A stretch of DNA of 64,000 bases from Lachnospiraceae bacterium (GTDB lineage: Bacteria > Bacillota > Clostridia > Lachnospirales > Lachnospiraceae), in the NCBI GenBank assembly GCA_017455435.1, contig JAFTAU010000038.1, positions 2,284 to 66,283 on the forward strand, given 5' to 3'. A program made the position numbers and the translations under genes. A model generated the notes under the pieces. That model did no database searches. It saw nothing but the letters and a program-made list of their open reading frames with translations, and was not told where the DNA came from. Below, piece after piece: positions 26,803 to 36,381 of the stretch (the stretch's first letter is position 1; each line of letters opens with the position of its first letter).

Positions 26803-28017
26803 ATGAACAAAATTCAAATGACCACGCCCCTTGTAGAGATGGACGGAGATGAGATGACCAGGATTCTCTGGCAGTACATCAAAGACGAGCTTCTTCTTCC
26901 GTTCATCGACCTTAAGACAGAGTATTACGACCTCGGTCTCAAATATCGCGACGAGACCGACGACAAGGTTACCTTTGACGCGGCTGAAGCCTGCAACAGG
27001 CTCGGCGTCGGAGTAAAGTGCGCTACCATCACTCCCAATGACGCCCGCGTAAAAGAGTACAATCTCAAAGCCATGTACAAGAGCCCTAACGGCACTATCC
27101 GTTCCATCATGGACGGCACCGTTTTCCGTGCTCCTATTATGCTCAAGAGCATTCCGCCTTATGTTCCCACATGGGAAAAACCTATCACCATCGCCCGTCA
27201 CGCTTACGGCGACGTTTACAAAAACACCGAGATGAAGATTGACGGCCCCGGCCTTGCGGAGCTCGTATTCACCGCTGAGGACGGCACCGTTACCCGTCAG
27301 ACCATTCATGAATTCAAGGGCCCGGGCGTCATCCAGGGTATGCACAACCTTGACAAGTCCATCACCAGCTTTGCCCGCAGCTGCTTCAATTTCGCACTCG
27401 ACACTAAGCAGGATGTATGGTTCGCGTCCAAGGACACCATTTCCAAGAAATACGACGGCCGCTTCCGCGATGTATTCCAGGAAGTCTACGACAAAGAATA
27501 CAAAGAAAAATTCGAGGCCGCCGGCATTACCTATTTCTACACCCTCATTGATGACATCGTAGCCCGCGTTATCCGTTCAAAAGGCGGATTCATCTGGGCC
27601 TGCAAGAATTACGACGGCGACGTTATGAGCGATATGCTTGCCACCGCTTACGGCTCACTGGCCATGATGACCTCAGTTCTCGTTTCTCCTTCGGGCAAGT
27701 ACGAGTACGAAGCCGCTCACGGCACCGTGCAGCGCCACTATTACAAGCATCTCAAAGGCGAAGAGACCTCCACGAACTCCGTAGCTACCATCTTCGCATG
27801 GAGCGGCGCCCTCCGCAAACGCGGCGAGCTCGACGGCATCGAGGAGCTTCAGGTATTCGCTGACAAGCTCGAAAAGGCCACCCTCGACACCATCGAGGCC
27901 GGCAACATGACCGGCGACCTTGCCCTCATTACCACCATGGACAAGTCCAAAGTCAAAAAGCTCAACTCCCTTGACTTCATCAAGGCTATCCGCGCCACCC
28001 TCGAGGGAATGCTGTAA
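26803..28017 (+). CDS. icd: NADP-dependent isocitrate dehydrogenase (eukaryote-like, ~400-aa subfamily)
   Basis: N-terminus [19 protein letters not shown]....YDLG...RD.T.D.VT. 404 aa. Confidence 0.9.
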   Translation: MNKIQMTTPLVEMDGDEMTRILWQYIKDELLLPFIDLKTEYYDLGLKYRDETDDKVTFDAAEACNRLGVGVKCATITPNDARVKEYNLKAMYKSPNGTIRSIMDGTVFRAPIMLKSIPPYVPTWEKPITIARHAYGDVYKNTEMKIDGPGLAELVFTAEDGTVTRQTIHEFKGPGVIQGMHNLDKSITSFARSCFNFALDTKQDVWFASKDTISKKYDGRFRDVFQEVYDKEYKEKFEAAGITYFYTLIDDIVARVIRSKGGFIWACKNYDGDVMSDMLATAYGSLAMMTSVLVSPSGKYEYEAAHGTVQRHYYKHLKGEETSTNSVATIFAWSGALRKRGELDGIEELQVFADKLEKATLDTIEAGNMTGDLALITTMDKSKVKKLNSLDFIKAIRATLEGML

Positions 28018-28034
28018 TTATTCAAAAATCTTCG

Positions 28035-28063
28035 GAGGACCGGTTTTCCGGTCCTCTTTTTTT
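28035..28063 (+). terminator. Rho-independent terminator after icd
   Basis: GAGGACCGG-TTTT-CCGGTCCTC followed by TTTTTTT. Confidence 0.85.
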
Positions 28064-28137
28064 GAGCGTGGCTCGGTAATTCCGCCACAATAGAGTCAAA
28101 ACGTGCTATACTGTATGGGATTTTCCGGGGGATAAAT

Positions 28138-29535
28138 ATGAACGAGCTTTGGACCACGGGTCATATAGTTGAATTAAATGAAATGCTGAAAGGGCGGGAG
28201 ACGAGAACCGCGCTCCAGAGACAGATTCTGGAATTTTGTCCCGCGTCGTCCCTGATCTGCTTTACGCTGAATATCGCAGGACCGGTAAAGGTCAGCGCCC
28301 TGATTTCTGAGGCGTTTTACGCGGGCTGCGCCGCGATAGAAGAAGCTCTTAAAATGGCCGGCCTGCCCGCAGAGAGCAGGGAAGAGGAGTACCCCTACGG
28401 ATACGAGGCTTATTACGTGATTTCCGAGGAGGAGCAGTCCGCAGAGGATATAAAACGGCTCATGTGCATCATCGAAGAAGAACATGAACTCGGCAGGCTT
28501 TTTGATATAGATGTGATCAGAAGCGATGGCTCAAAGGTCTCGCGCACAGAGCTTGGCATGGAGGAGCGCCGCTGCCTGATCTGCGAAAAAGCCGCCGCCA
28601 TCTGCGCCCGGGCCCGGGCTCACACAGTCGGTGAGCTGCAGAGCCGGACCGCGGAGATGATAACTGATTATCTGCGTGAAAACCTTTCACCGGAAACTGT
28701 CTCGCGGATGTCCTATATTTCGATGATGAACGAGGTGGCAGTAACGCCGAAGCCCGGCCTGGTGGATCTGGCAAACAACGGCTCCCACCGCGATATGACG
28801 CCGGATTTATTCGAAAAGAGCGCCGCCGCGATTAAGGACTATTTCGGAAAGTGCTTTGAATGCGGCAGGAGGCTTGCCGACACCGCTCCGGAGGAAATCA
28901 TCACTCACATCAGGCCGCTGGGAGTCGAGGCGGAAAAGAAAATGTATGAAGCCACAGGCGGAGTAAACACTCACAAAGGCGCGATTTTTTCACTCGGAAT
29001 AATATGCGCCGCGTGGGGCTGCGCGGGGGGCTTCGACGTTAAAAAGATAATGGAGACATCAGGACGAATAGCGTCTCCCATTGCGGATGAAAAAGGTCTT
29101 CGCGGTATCGCCGGGGGAGCCAGAACACAGGCCGCCTCCGGGTTTGAAAGCGTTGAAAAACTATCTCTTCCCGCGTATAAGCTGGCGACGCTCCTCGGCT
29201 TTGATGTAAACACGGCGGCGGTATACGCGCTGATAAAACTGATCGCCGGCATCACCGACACAAATATGATTGCCAGAGGCGGTCATGAAAGCGCCGCGGA
29301 GATGAAAGCGTCGGCGGATGACGTCGCAAAACACTTTGAAACAGGAATGAAAGAAATGCGGCGTCCGGGTGGCGGAGATATGGATTACATAATCACGCGG
29401 ACGGGGGAAGATTTTATGAAGGACGTTTCGGCGCTCGATGAGGCGTTTATTGCAAAAAATGTTTCCCCGGGCGGCAGCGCGGATCTTCTTATGATTACAC
29501 TGTTTTTTATAATGATAGAGGGGCTCGGAAAATGA
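28138..29535 (+). CDS. citG: Fusion protein: CitX (holo-ACP synthase / phosphoribosyl-dephospho-CoA transferase) + CitG (triphosphoribosyl-dephospho-CoA synthase)
   Basis: The N-terminal ~180 aa carry the CitX-type LFDIDV...G..VSR motif. The C-terminal ~280 aa carry the CitG-type PKPGLVD...NGSHRDM, plus GG.NTHKG and MIARGG. Confidence 0.75.
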   Translation: MNELWTTGHIVELNEMLKGRETRTALQRQILEFCPASSLICFTLNIAGPVKVSALISEAFYAGCAAIEEALKMAGLPAESREEEYPYGYEAYYVISEEEQSAEDIKRLMCIIEEEHELGRLFDIDVIRSDGSKVSRTELGMEERRCLICEKAAAICARARAHTVGELQSRTAEMITDYLRENLSPETVSRMSYISMMNEVAVTPKPGLVDLANNGSHRDMTPDLFEKSAAAIKDYFGKCFECGRRLADTAPEEIITHIRPLGVEAEKKMYEATGGVNTHKGAIFSLGIICAAWGCAGGFDVKKIMETSGRIASPIADEKGLRGIAGGARTQAASGFESVEKLSLPAYKLATLLGFDVNTAAVYALIKLIAGITDTNMIARGGHESAAEMKASADDVAKHFETGMKEMRRPGGGDMDYIITRTGEDFMKDVSALDEAFIAKNVSPGGSADLLMITLFFIMIEGLGK

Positions 29536-30242
29536 CAATGGTAGTTAATAATTACAGAGAAATTGAAAAGAGGGTGGCAGCGGCGTGCGAAAGAGCGGGA
29601 AGAAACCGTTCCGAAGTAACGATAGTGGCGGTCAGCAAGACAAAGCCTGACGAAATGGTGGAAGAGCTGGCAGCCGCCGGCGTACGGGATTTCGGCGAAA
29701 ACAAGCCGCAGGAGCTCATGAGAAAGCATGACGGAATCCTCACGGATGAAGGTGAGCCGCTCCGCTGGCATATGATAGGCAATCTCCAGACCAACAAGGT
29801 TAAGATGGTAGTAGGCAAAGCGTGCCTGATTCATTCCGTGCCGAGCCTGCACACGGCCGAGGCGGTTTCAAAGGAAGCCGTCAAAAAAGGGGTCGTAGTT
29901 CCGGTCCTGATAGAGATAAACATCGCGGAAGAGGAAACAAAGCACGGCGCCGACGCCGCGGAGACAGAAAACCTCGTCAGAACGATTGCCGCCCTGCCGA
30001 ATCTGTCGGTAAAGGGACTTATGGCCATCGCTCCGCCCGTTGAAGATCCGGAGGAAAACAGAGGTTATTTTAAGAGCCTCAGGCGGATGCGTGACAGACT
30101 GCGTGCCGAGAACATCGGAAACGCCCCCATGACGGAGTTGTCTATGGGAATGACAGGCGACTTTGAGGTAGCTGTAGAAGAAGGCGCGACGATAGTACGC
30201 GTTGGCACGGCGATTTTCGGCGCGAGAGATTACAGTGTCTGA
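29532..30242 (+). CDS. yggS: YggS-family pyridoxal-phosphate homeostasis protein
   Basis: Motifs VAVSKTKP, FGENKPQE, WHMIG.LQ.NK and SMGM..D in a 236-aa protein. Its start overlaps the citXG stop. Confidence 0.9.
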   Translation: MTMVVNNYREIEKRVAAACERAGRNRSEVTIVAVSKTKPDEMVEELAAAGVRDFGENKPQELMRKHDGILTDEGEPLRWHMIGNLQTNKVKMVVGKACLIHSVPSLHTAEAVSKEAVKKGVVVPVLIEINIAEEETKHGADAAETENLVRTIAALPNLSVKGLMAIAPPVEDPEENRGYFKSLRRMRDRLRAENIGNAPMTELSMGMTGDFEVAVEEGATIVRVGTAIFGARDYSV

Positions 30243-30382
30243 ATCCGTGGAGAAGGTTAAAAAAATAACGAAATTCATTAAGAAAAATCACAAAAAATCA
30301 CTTGCACTTATTTTAATTAAATGATATTTTATGGAATGAGCGAGCTATATGTTTTTTAATCTGAAAACAAAAGAGGACGCCT

Positions 30383-30823
30383 ATGGACAAAGTAGATAAA
30401 ATGCTGGTAAAACTCCTCCAGGAAAATGCCCGGTATTCACTCAAACAGCTTTCGGAACAGGTTTATCTTTCCTCGCCTGCAGTTGCTTCGCGTATCAGCA
30501 AGCTCGAGGAGAGCGGTATCATCACCGGATATCACGCCTCGGTTAGCTCAGAAAAGCTCGGTTATCACATCAGCGCTTATATCAGCGTTTCGATGGTTCC
30601 AAAGAAAAAACAGGAGTTTCTTCCTATTATTCAAAATCGCCCGAACATCCTCGAATGCAGCATTGTTTCGGGTGACTACACACTAATCATTAAAGCGATT
30701 TTCGCTTCCACCGCAGAGCTCGATAATTTCATCGCAGAGGCTCAGCGCTACGGTCACACCCAGACACAGATTATCCTGTCAGAGCCGGTACCGTATCACA
30801 GCGTTTCCTCGTCGATTGAATAA
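30383..30823 (+). CDS. Lrp/AsnC-family transcriptional regulator
   Basis: N-terminus D..D..L...LQ.NAR.S...L...V.LS.PAV..R...LE..G.I.GY. 146 aa. Confidence 0.85.
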   Translation: MDKVDKMLVKLLQENARYSLKQLSEQVYLSSPAVASRISKLEESGIITGYHASVSSEKLGYHISAYISVSMVPKKKQEFLPIIQNRPNILECSIVSGDYTLIIKAIFASTAELDNFIAEAQRYGHTQTQIILSEPVPYHSVSSSIE

Positions 30824-30852
30824 AATCGTTCTCTAAAGCGGATTATATCAAG

Positions 30853-30878
30853 GCAGGGACATGCGCCCTGCTTTTATT
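30853..30878 (+). terminator. Rho-independent terminator after the Lrp gene
   Basis: GCAGGG-loop-CCCTGC followed by TTTTATT. Confidence 0.55.
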
Positions 30879-30946
30879 AAGCCGAATATTCAAAGCTTTG
30901 ATAATAAAAACCGCATTAATCTGATACTTTGCGCGAGAGAAAAAAG

Positions 30947-31882
30947 ATGGCTTTTTCAACTGTTTTTACACAGATTCTGATATTGTTTATGATAATGGCC
31001 GCGGGCTTTGCCGCCGGAAAGGCAAAAGTCTTTTCGGAAAAGGCCTCAAAGGATCTTTCCGCGCTGCTGATACGGGTGGCAACGCCGGCGCTCGTGATAG
31101 TCTCAATGCTCAGAGAATATGATTCCCGGCTGATGATTGACGCGCTTCTGACGCTCGCCGTCACGTTTTCGGCATTCGGCGTGGCTATTATTCTCAATCT
31201 GCTGCTTTCAAAGGTTTTAAAAGTAAAAAACAGCCGCAGAGGCATCTGGGTTCTCACCACGACATTTACCAATTCCGGCTTTATGGGGTTCCCGGTCGCG
31301 CTCGCTCTGTTCGGCCGCGAAGGTCTGTTTCTGGCGGCATTTGCAAATCTGGCGCAGAACCTTTTGATGTTTTCCGTGGGAGTCAGGCTGGTTGTCAGGG
31401 ACAACCCTGATAAGGATCATCAGGCGGAACCGTTCCTAAAGACCATGCTTTCTCCGGTTAATATTTCGCTGGTTATCGGACTTGTGCTGTTTTTCCTGCA
31501 GATTCCCGTGCCGGAGCCGGCGACAGATGCACTTGAAAAAATCGCCGGCATAGTTACGCCCGTGTCCATGATAGTGGTGGGACTTAATATTTCAAAATAC
31601 AGGCCGCTTGATGTATTAAAAGACAGAGATGCGATTCTGGCGGCTGTGCTGCACGCCCTGCTCATCCCCTTTATACTTCTTCTTACACTTAAACTGATTC
31701 CGTTCAGAGAAGGCAGTATCGTGCCCGCAGTCAGCGTGCTTATTTTGTCGATGCCTGTTTCATCGATTTCGCAGGCGCTGGCTGAACAGTACGGAAGCGA
31801 TTCCACATTTACCAGTCACGCGATTTTTATCGGAAATCTGATTTGTCTGGGGGTCTGCCCTCTGATAATGACTCTGATATGA
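30947..31882 (+). CDS. AEC (auxin-efflux-carrier) family permease
   Basis: ~10-TM protein of 311 aa with the typical AEC N-terminus (F..V..QI..LF.....GF...K). ATG at 30947 is preferred over the TTG at 30929. Confidence 0.7.
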   Translation: MAFSTVFTQILILFMIMAAGFAAGKAKVFSEKASKDLSALLIRVATPALVIVSMLREYDSRLMIDALLTLAVTFSAFGVAIILNLLLSKVLKVKNSRRGIWVLTTTFTNSGFMGFPVALALFGREGLFLAAFANLAQNLLMFSVGVRLVVRDNPDKDHQAEPFLKTMLSPVNISLVIGLVLFFLQIPVPEPATDALEKIAGIVTPVSMIVVGLNISKYRPLDVLKDRDAILAAVLHALLIPFILLLTLKLIPFREGSIVPAVSVLILSMPVSSISQALAEQYGSDSTFTSHAIFIGNLICLGVCPLIMTLI

Positions 31883-31885
31883 TGT

Positions 31886-32590
31886 TTATCTTGACCTGCC
31901 GGCGAGTTTTCGCGTGTGGTACATCGCCGTGTAGGCTTCTTCGGTGAGGTAATTCAGGTATTCTTCATCCTCTATGGAAAACTCGCGGTTTATCAGTTTT
32001 TTGATGAGGAAACGGCGCTGCTCGCCCGGGGCGGCGCTGTTTTCATCCGCGAAAATCATTTTGTCAAGGTCGGCAGAGGAATAAGTGCCGAGAAACCAGC
32101 CTATAACCTTGAGAGTAAAGGCGTTTTCCGCCGCGAGGCCTTTTTTCGCGCTGTATGACTTGAAAAAAATCCGAAGTCCGAAAACGATAAAGAAAAATCC
32201 GAGAATCAGTTCGATAACAGTCAGAAAAACATGAGAATCATTTGAACCGGCAAAGCCGAGCACTCGTGAAAGACCGATGAAAAAGGCGACGCCCCCGCAC
32301 AGCACAAAGAAAAAGGAAGAGTCGTTGATCTCGCCGAGTTTTTTGAGGGCGGCGGAAAAAGAAGGAGAAGAGGGTTTTTCGTTTTCGCAGCCGCAGCGTC
32401 GTTTTTCTATCAGTTTTTTTGCTTTTTCTTCGTCGACCGCGTCTACCGTGACGACAAACAGCTCCCCTTCGTCGTCGCTGCAGATCAGCGCATCGACGCC
32501 GGAACAGGTGAGGTATTCACTGATTCTTTCCGCGTAGAGCCGCGGGCCTTTAGTTACGACCGCCCGCCCCAGTTCATCTGAATATGACAT
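31886..32590 (-). CDS. Hypothetical membrane protein: soluble N-domain, three TM segments, acidic C-domain
   Basis: ORF with coding-like composition that fills the gap between convergent and divergent neighbours. No family recognised. Confidence 0.5.
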   Translation of the reverse strand: MSYSDELGRAVVTKGPRLYAERISEYLTCSGVDALICSDDEGELFVVTVDAVDEEKAKKLIEKRRCGCENEKPSSPSFSAALKKLGEINDSSFFFVLCGGVAFFIGLSRVLGFAGSNDSHVFLTVIELILGFFFIVFGLRIFFKSYSAKKGLAAENAFTLKVIGWFLGTYSSADLDKMIFADENSAAPGEQRRFLIKKLINREFSIEDEEYLNYLTEEAYTAMYHTRKLAGRSR

Positions 32591-32658
32591 TTTTGCCGCC
32601 TTTCAGCCTAATGATAGCACGGCGAAAAAAGATTTTTTCTAAAAAATTTATAAAAAGA

Positions 32659-32687
32659 TTGACCGGCTCGTGGGATCGGTGTATAAT
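32659..32687 (+). promoter_or_regulatory. Sigma-70 promoter, TTGACC-17 bp-TATAAT
   Basis: TTGACC at 32659-32664 and TATAAT at 32682-32687, upstream of the GntR gene. Confidence 0.6.
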
Positions 32688-32690
32688 AAC

Positions 32691-32711
32691 TGTACTAATA
32701 CAGATAGTACA
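32691..32711. promoter_or_regulatory. Inverted repeat TGTACTA-N7-TAGTACA; candidate GntR/YtrA operator overlapping the transcription start
   Basis: Perfect 7-bp arms beginning 4 bp after the -10 box. GT..AC-type half-sites are typical for GntR-family operators. Confidence 0.5.
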
Positions 32712-32733
32712 GCTAAATTGAGGTATATTTAAA

Positions 32734-33132
32734 ATGATTAGTCTTGATTTCAGAAACCCGTCGCCGATTTATATTCAGATCAGAGACGGATTCAAAAAAC
32801 TGATACTCTCGGGGACACTCGCCGAAAACGAGCCTCTCCCGTCAGTCAGGCGCCTTGCGTCGGAGATGGCGATAAACCCCAATACCATTCAGCGCGCGTA
32901 CAGCGAGCTGGAGGCGGAGGGCTATACCTATTCCATCCCGGGCAAGGGCAGTTTTGTCGCCGAGCCCGGCGGCAAAAGGAACGCGCGCAGGACAGAGCTT
33001 ATTTCACGTCTGAAGGATACTGTGACAGAGCTTGCGCAGCTCGGAACCGCTCCGGATGAATTAAAAAAACTGATAGACGACTACGCCTTCGGCGGCGCGT
33101 CAAACACGGCAGGAGGTAAAGCTGATGATTGA
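32734..33132 (+). CDS. GntR-family (YtrA-subfamily) transcriptional regulator
   Basis: Pattern PIY.QI......I..G.L....LPSVR.LA....INPNT...AY..LE..G. Short 132-aa YtrA type. Confidence 0.85.
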   Translation: MISLDFRNPSPIYIQIRDGFKKLILSGTLAENEPLPSVRRLASEMAINPNTIQRAYSELEAEGYTYSIPGKGSFVAEPGGKRNARRTELISRLKDTVTELAQLGTAPDELKKLIDDYAFGGASNTAGGKADD

Positions 33133-34021
33133 AGTAAGAGGTTTGGTTAAAAGCTTTGGGGAAACAAAGGCTCTCGACGGGGCGGATATGAACGTCCGCA
33201 ATTCCAGCGTTTATGGGCTCGTGGGTCCCAACGGCTGCGGAAAGACCACCATGATAAAACATCTTTTGGGCGTGCTCAGGCAGGATGCCGGCACGGTATC
33301 CTACGACGGGAGCGACATCTGGGAGAACGCCTCGATAAAGCAGCAGATCGCGTCGATTCCGGACAACTGGTTCTTTTTCCATTCGGCCACTGTATCGGAT
33401 ATGAAAAAGTATTATCAGGGCTTCTACGGGAATTTTTCAGAGGAACGTTTCAAAAAGCTTTCCGCGCTTTTTGATATAAATCCCTCCCGCAGAATCAGCT
33501 CGCTTTCAAAGGGAATGAAAAAGCAGGTCGCGTTTTGGATTACGCTTTCCACCATGCCGGGCTATCTGATTCTCGACGAGCCGGTGGACGGCCTTGACCC
33601 CGTTATGCGCCGTCAGATTTGGCGCCTGCTGATGGACGACGTTTATCAAAGGGGCACGACGGTGCTCGTCTCGTCGCACAATCTCCGCGAGCTCGAGGAC
33701 GTCTGCGATTTTGTCGGCATTATGAATAATGGCAAAATCGAAATAGAGCGCTCGCTGACGAAGCTCCAGGAAAACATGGTAAAAATCCAGATTGTTTTTC
33801 CGGAAGAGGTAAAAGAACTGCCGCAGGGCATTCCCGCGCTGCACAGCTCCCGCATGGGCAGGGTCTATACCCTGATTATGAAGATGAACGAGCAGGAAGC
33901 CAAGGACGCTTTGTCACAGTACGAGCCGCTTATGTTCGAGGCGCTTCCCCTGACGCTGGAGGAAATATTCATTTATGAAATGGGAGGAAAAGACCATGAC
34001 ATCAAGGACGCCGTACTTTAA
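33125..34021 (+). CDS. ABC transporter ATP-binding protein
   Basis: Walker A GPNGCGKTT, signature LSKGMKKQ and Walker B LILDEP. Confidence 0.9.
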   Translation: MIEVRGLVKSFGETKALDGADMNVRNSSVYGLVGPNGCGKTTMIKHLLGVLRQDAGTVSYDGSDIWENASIKQQIASIPDNWFFFHSATVSDMKKYYQGFYGNFSEERFKKLSALFDINPSRRISSLSKGMKKQVAFWITLSTMPGYLILDEPVDGLDPVMRRQIWRLLMDDVYQRGTTVLVSSHNLRELEDVCDFVGIMNNGKIEIERSLTKLQENMVKIQIVFPEEVKELPQGIPALHSSRMGRVYTLIMKMNEQEAKDALSQYEPLMFEALPLTLEEIFIYEMGGKDHDIKDAVL

Positions 34022-35747
34022 TAAAACTCTCTTTAAAAAGAATATACTAGGCTTCTGGCCTCTCTGGGGCGTAGCCGGGCTGTTGGGCGTCGTTGTGTCG
34101 CTCGGAATCCTGAATATTAACCTCTATGACGAGACTCGCTTCTTCAACAGCGTTTTTGAGCTTTCGCCCATAATCAACGTTGTTCTGGCTATGATTTACG
34201 CCATGCTGTGCGCGCTGCTGGTCTGGAAATACCTGTTCAGCGAAAAGAGCGACGTGTTCTTTCACTCGCTGCCCGTAAAGCGTGAAGGCCTCTTTTTGAC
34301 CAACTATCTGTCAGGCTTTGTCATCATGCTCATTCCTTACGTCTGCGTCGGAGCCACTGTGGTGATATCAAGTCTGGTTCACCATGCCTTTGACGCCGGC
34401 GTTGTTCTCCGCACTGTTCTTATTGTGCTGGGTGAAAACCTTTTCTTCTTCTCCCTCGCGTCGTTCGTGGTTTTTCTGGTGGGACATTTGGCGTCGTTTA
34501 TCGCGGTATATCTGGCCGCGAATTTTCTGGCGGTGCTTTTTGAACTGGTCATTACCGGTCTGGCGCGCGGATTTTGGGTGGGATACGATACGGTTTATAA
34601 CGCGTATGCCAGATTCCTCTCGCCCTGCGTTCACATGATTGCCGAGTTGGAGGAAAGCGGAAACTGGGTTGTTGCGGCCTACGCGGCGGTGGGCGTCGCG
34701 TTGTCGGTGGCCGCGATGCTTTTGTACCGCGGGCGCAACAGCGAGTCCGCCGGAGAGATTGTGGCTATCAGGGTGCTGCGCCCCATTTTCAAATATGCCT
34801 TCGCGATTGTCATAGGCATGCTGGGCGGAAATATTCTGTATAGCCTGCTGTACCTCTTTGACTCCGACAGCGCGTACAGGTTTTTGCCTATGCTGATTTG
34901 CGAACTTCTGATGGGCGCGATAGGATACTTCGCGGCGCAAATGCTTCTGGAAAAAACGGTCCGCGTATTCAAAAAGAAGAATATGACGGGGTTCATTCTC
35001 GTTTCCGCTGTCCTGATACTGATCTGCGGCTCATTCAAGATGGATTTCTTCGGCGTTGAAAACAGAACCGCGAAAGCGGAGGATATAAAATGCATCGAAA
35101 TGATGGCGGTGGGCGCCAGATGTGAGGCCGGCCAGGACGATTCGGACAGGCTGCGGAAGATTCTGGATTTTCATGAGGTGATTCTCGAAAACAAAGAAGA
35201 TATCCGTTTCGCGGACGACACCTCTCTCTGGACTTTGAGCGATTATCGTGGCAACACGGTCAGATTCGTTTATACTCTGAAGAACGGCGAGGTATTTGAG
35301 CGCCAGTATATTTTCAGGCCAGGGAACGAGGCGATATATAATGCTTATGAAAACATCATGAAAGATACCGAGGTGAAGAGAGGATTCTTCTCCACGGAAG
35401 GCGTTAAGATAACAAATATCGAACTGTTTCAGATGGCCGGCGAGGGCGCGGAGAGCACGTATGAACAGACCAGTGTTCATCACGTCGATTATAACAGGAT
35501 TCTGAACGCCCTTTATAAAGAGGCTGACAAGATTGAGTTTTTCAGCGGCGACGATTATGCGCTCATAATGAACATCTCTTCCGAAAAAGCCAAAAACTCG
35601 GATTATTATGACTATTATTATCTTTCGATAGTAATAACTCCCGACATGAAGAATGTTGTGGAGGAACTGATTCGCACCGGTCTTCTTGCAAACGAAAACG
35701 GCACTTTAAAACTGATTGACGAAGAATACGGACACTCGCAGAAATGA
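33996..35747 (+). CDS. ABC-2-type membrane permease component with a large C-terminal extracytoplasmic domain
   Basis: Start chosen at the ATG at 33996, which has a GGGAGGAA RBS. Multiple TM segments are followed by a ~220-aa soluble tail. Translationally coupled to the ATPase gene. Confidence 0.6.
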   Translation: MTSRTPYFNKTLFKKNILGFWPLWGVAGLLGVVVSLGILNINLYDETRFFNSVFELSPIINVVLAMIYAMLCALLVWKYLFSEKSDVFFHSLPVKREGLFLTNYLSGFVIMLIPYVCVGATVVISSLVHHAFDAGVVLRTVLIVLGENLFFFSLASFVVFLVGHLASFIAVYLAANFLAVLFELVITGLARGFWVGYDTVYNAYARFLSPCVHMIAELEESGNWVVAAYAAVGVALSVAAMLLYRGRNSESAGEIVAIRVLRPIFKYAFAIVIGMLGGNILYSLLYLFDSDSAYRFLPMLICELLMGAIGYFAAQMLLEKTVRVFKKKNMTGFILVSAVLILICGSFKMDFFGVENRTAKAEDIKCIEMMAVGARCEAGQDDSDRLRKILDFHEVILENKEDIRFADDTSLWTLSDYRGNTVRFVYTLKNGEVFERQYIFRPGNEAIYNAYENIMKDTEVKRGFFSTEGVKITNIELFQMAGEGAESTYEQTSVHHVDYNRILNALYKEADKIEFFSGDDYALIMNISSEKAKNSDYYDYYYLSIVITPDMKNVVEELIRTGLLANENGTLKLIDEEYGHSQK

Positions 35748-36226
35748 TGAAAATAGATATAGTATGTGTCGGAAAGATTAAAGAAGCTTTTTATCGTGAT
35801 GCGATCTGCGAATATGCCAAAAGGTTATCCGCCTACTGCGATTTCAGAATAATTGAGGTGGCGGACGAGCCTGCTCCGGAGGGCGCCCCGGCAGCCGAAG
35901 TGGAGAGAATAAAGGATCGCGAGGGCGAAAGGATATTGTCAAAGCTGCCCGCCGGCGCGTTTGTCGTCACTCTTGAAATCGACGGAAAATCATTTTCATC
36001 GGAGGGTTTTGCCGAAAAACTGGGCAGTCTGATGACGGGCGGGATGTCCCATGTCCAGTTTGTCATCGGAGGTTCACTGGGCCTTTCTCCAAAGGTGTCC
36101 TGCCGCGCCGGATTTAAGCTGAGTTTTTCCGCGATGACCTTTCCGCATCAGCTTATGCGTGTAATCCTTTCAGAGCAGATATACAGGGCGTTTCGCATCA
36201 TGCGGGGCGAGCCGTATCACAAATAA
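35744..36226 (+). CDS. rlmH: 23S rRNA (pseudouridine1915-N3)-methyltransferase
   Basis: 160-aa SPOUT protein with motifs I..VGK.K, ..LE..GK..SSE.FA, F.IGG..G and S.S..T..HQ..R..L.EQ.YRA. Confidence 0.9.
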   Translation: MMKIDIVCVGKIKEAFYRDAICEYAKRLSAYCDFRIIEVADEPAPEGAPAAEVERIKDREGERILSKLPAGAFVVTLEIDGKSFSSEGFAEKLGSLMTGGMSHVQFVIGGSLGLSPKVSCRAGFKLSFSAMTFPHQLMRVILSEQIYRAFRIMRGEPYHK

Positions 36227-36231
36227 TCCTT

Positions 36232-36265
36232 AAGGCGCGGTCCGGATCGGCCGCGCCTTATTTTG
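36232..36265 (+). terminator. Rho-independent terminator after rlmH
   Basis: AAGGCGCGG-loop-CCGCGCCTT followed by ATTTTG. Confidence 0.65.
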
Positions 36266-36381
36266 TAACATATTCGTAACAACATCTTGCTTTTTGCGAA
36301 ACATTCCTATAAAATAATCGAAACAGATAGAATTCTCTTGTTGACGGTTTTGGAGCGAAAAAACTGCGATGGGAGAATAAA

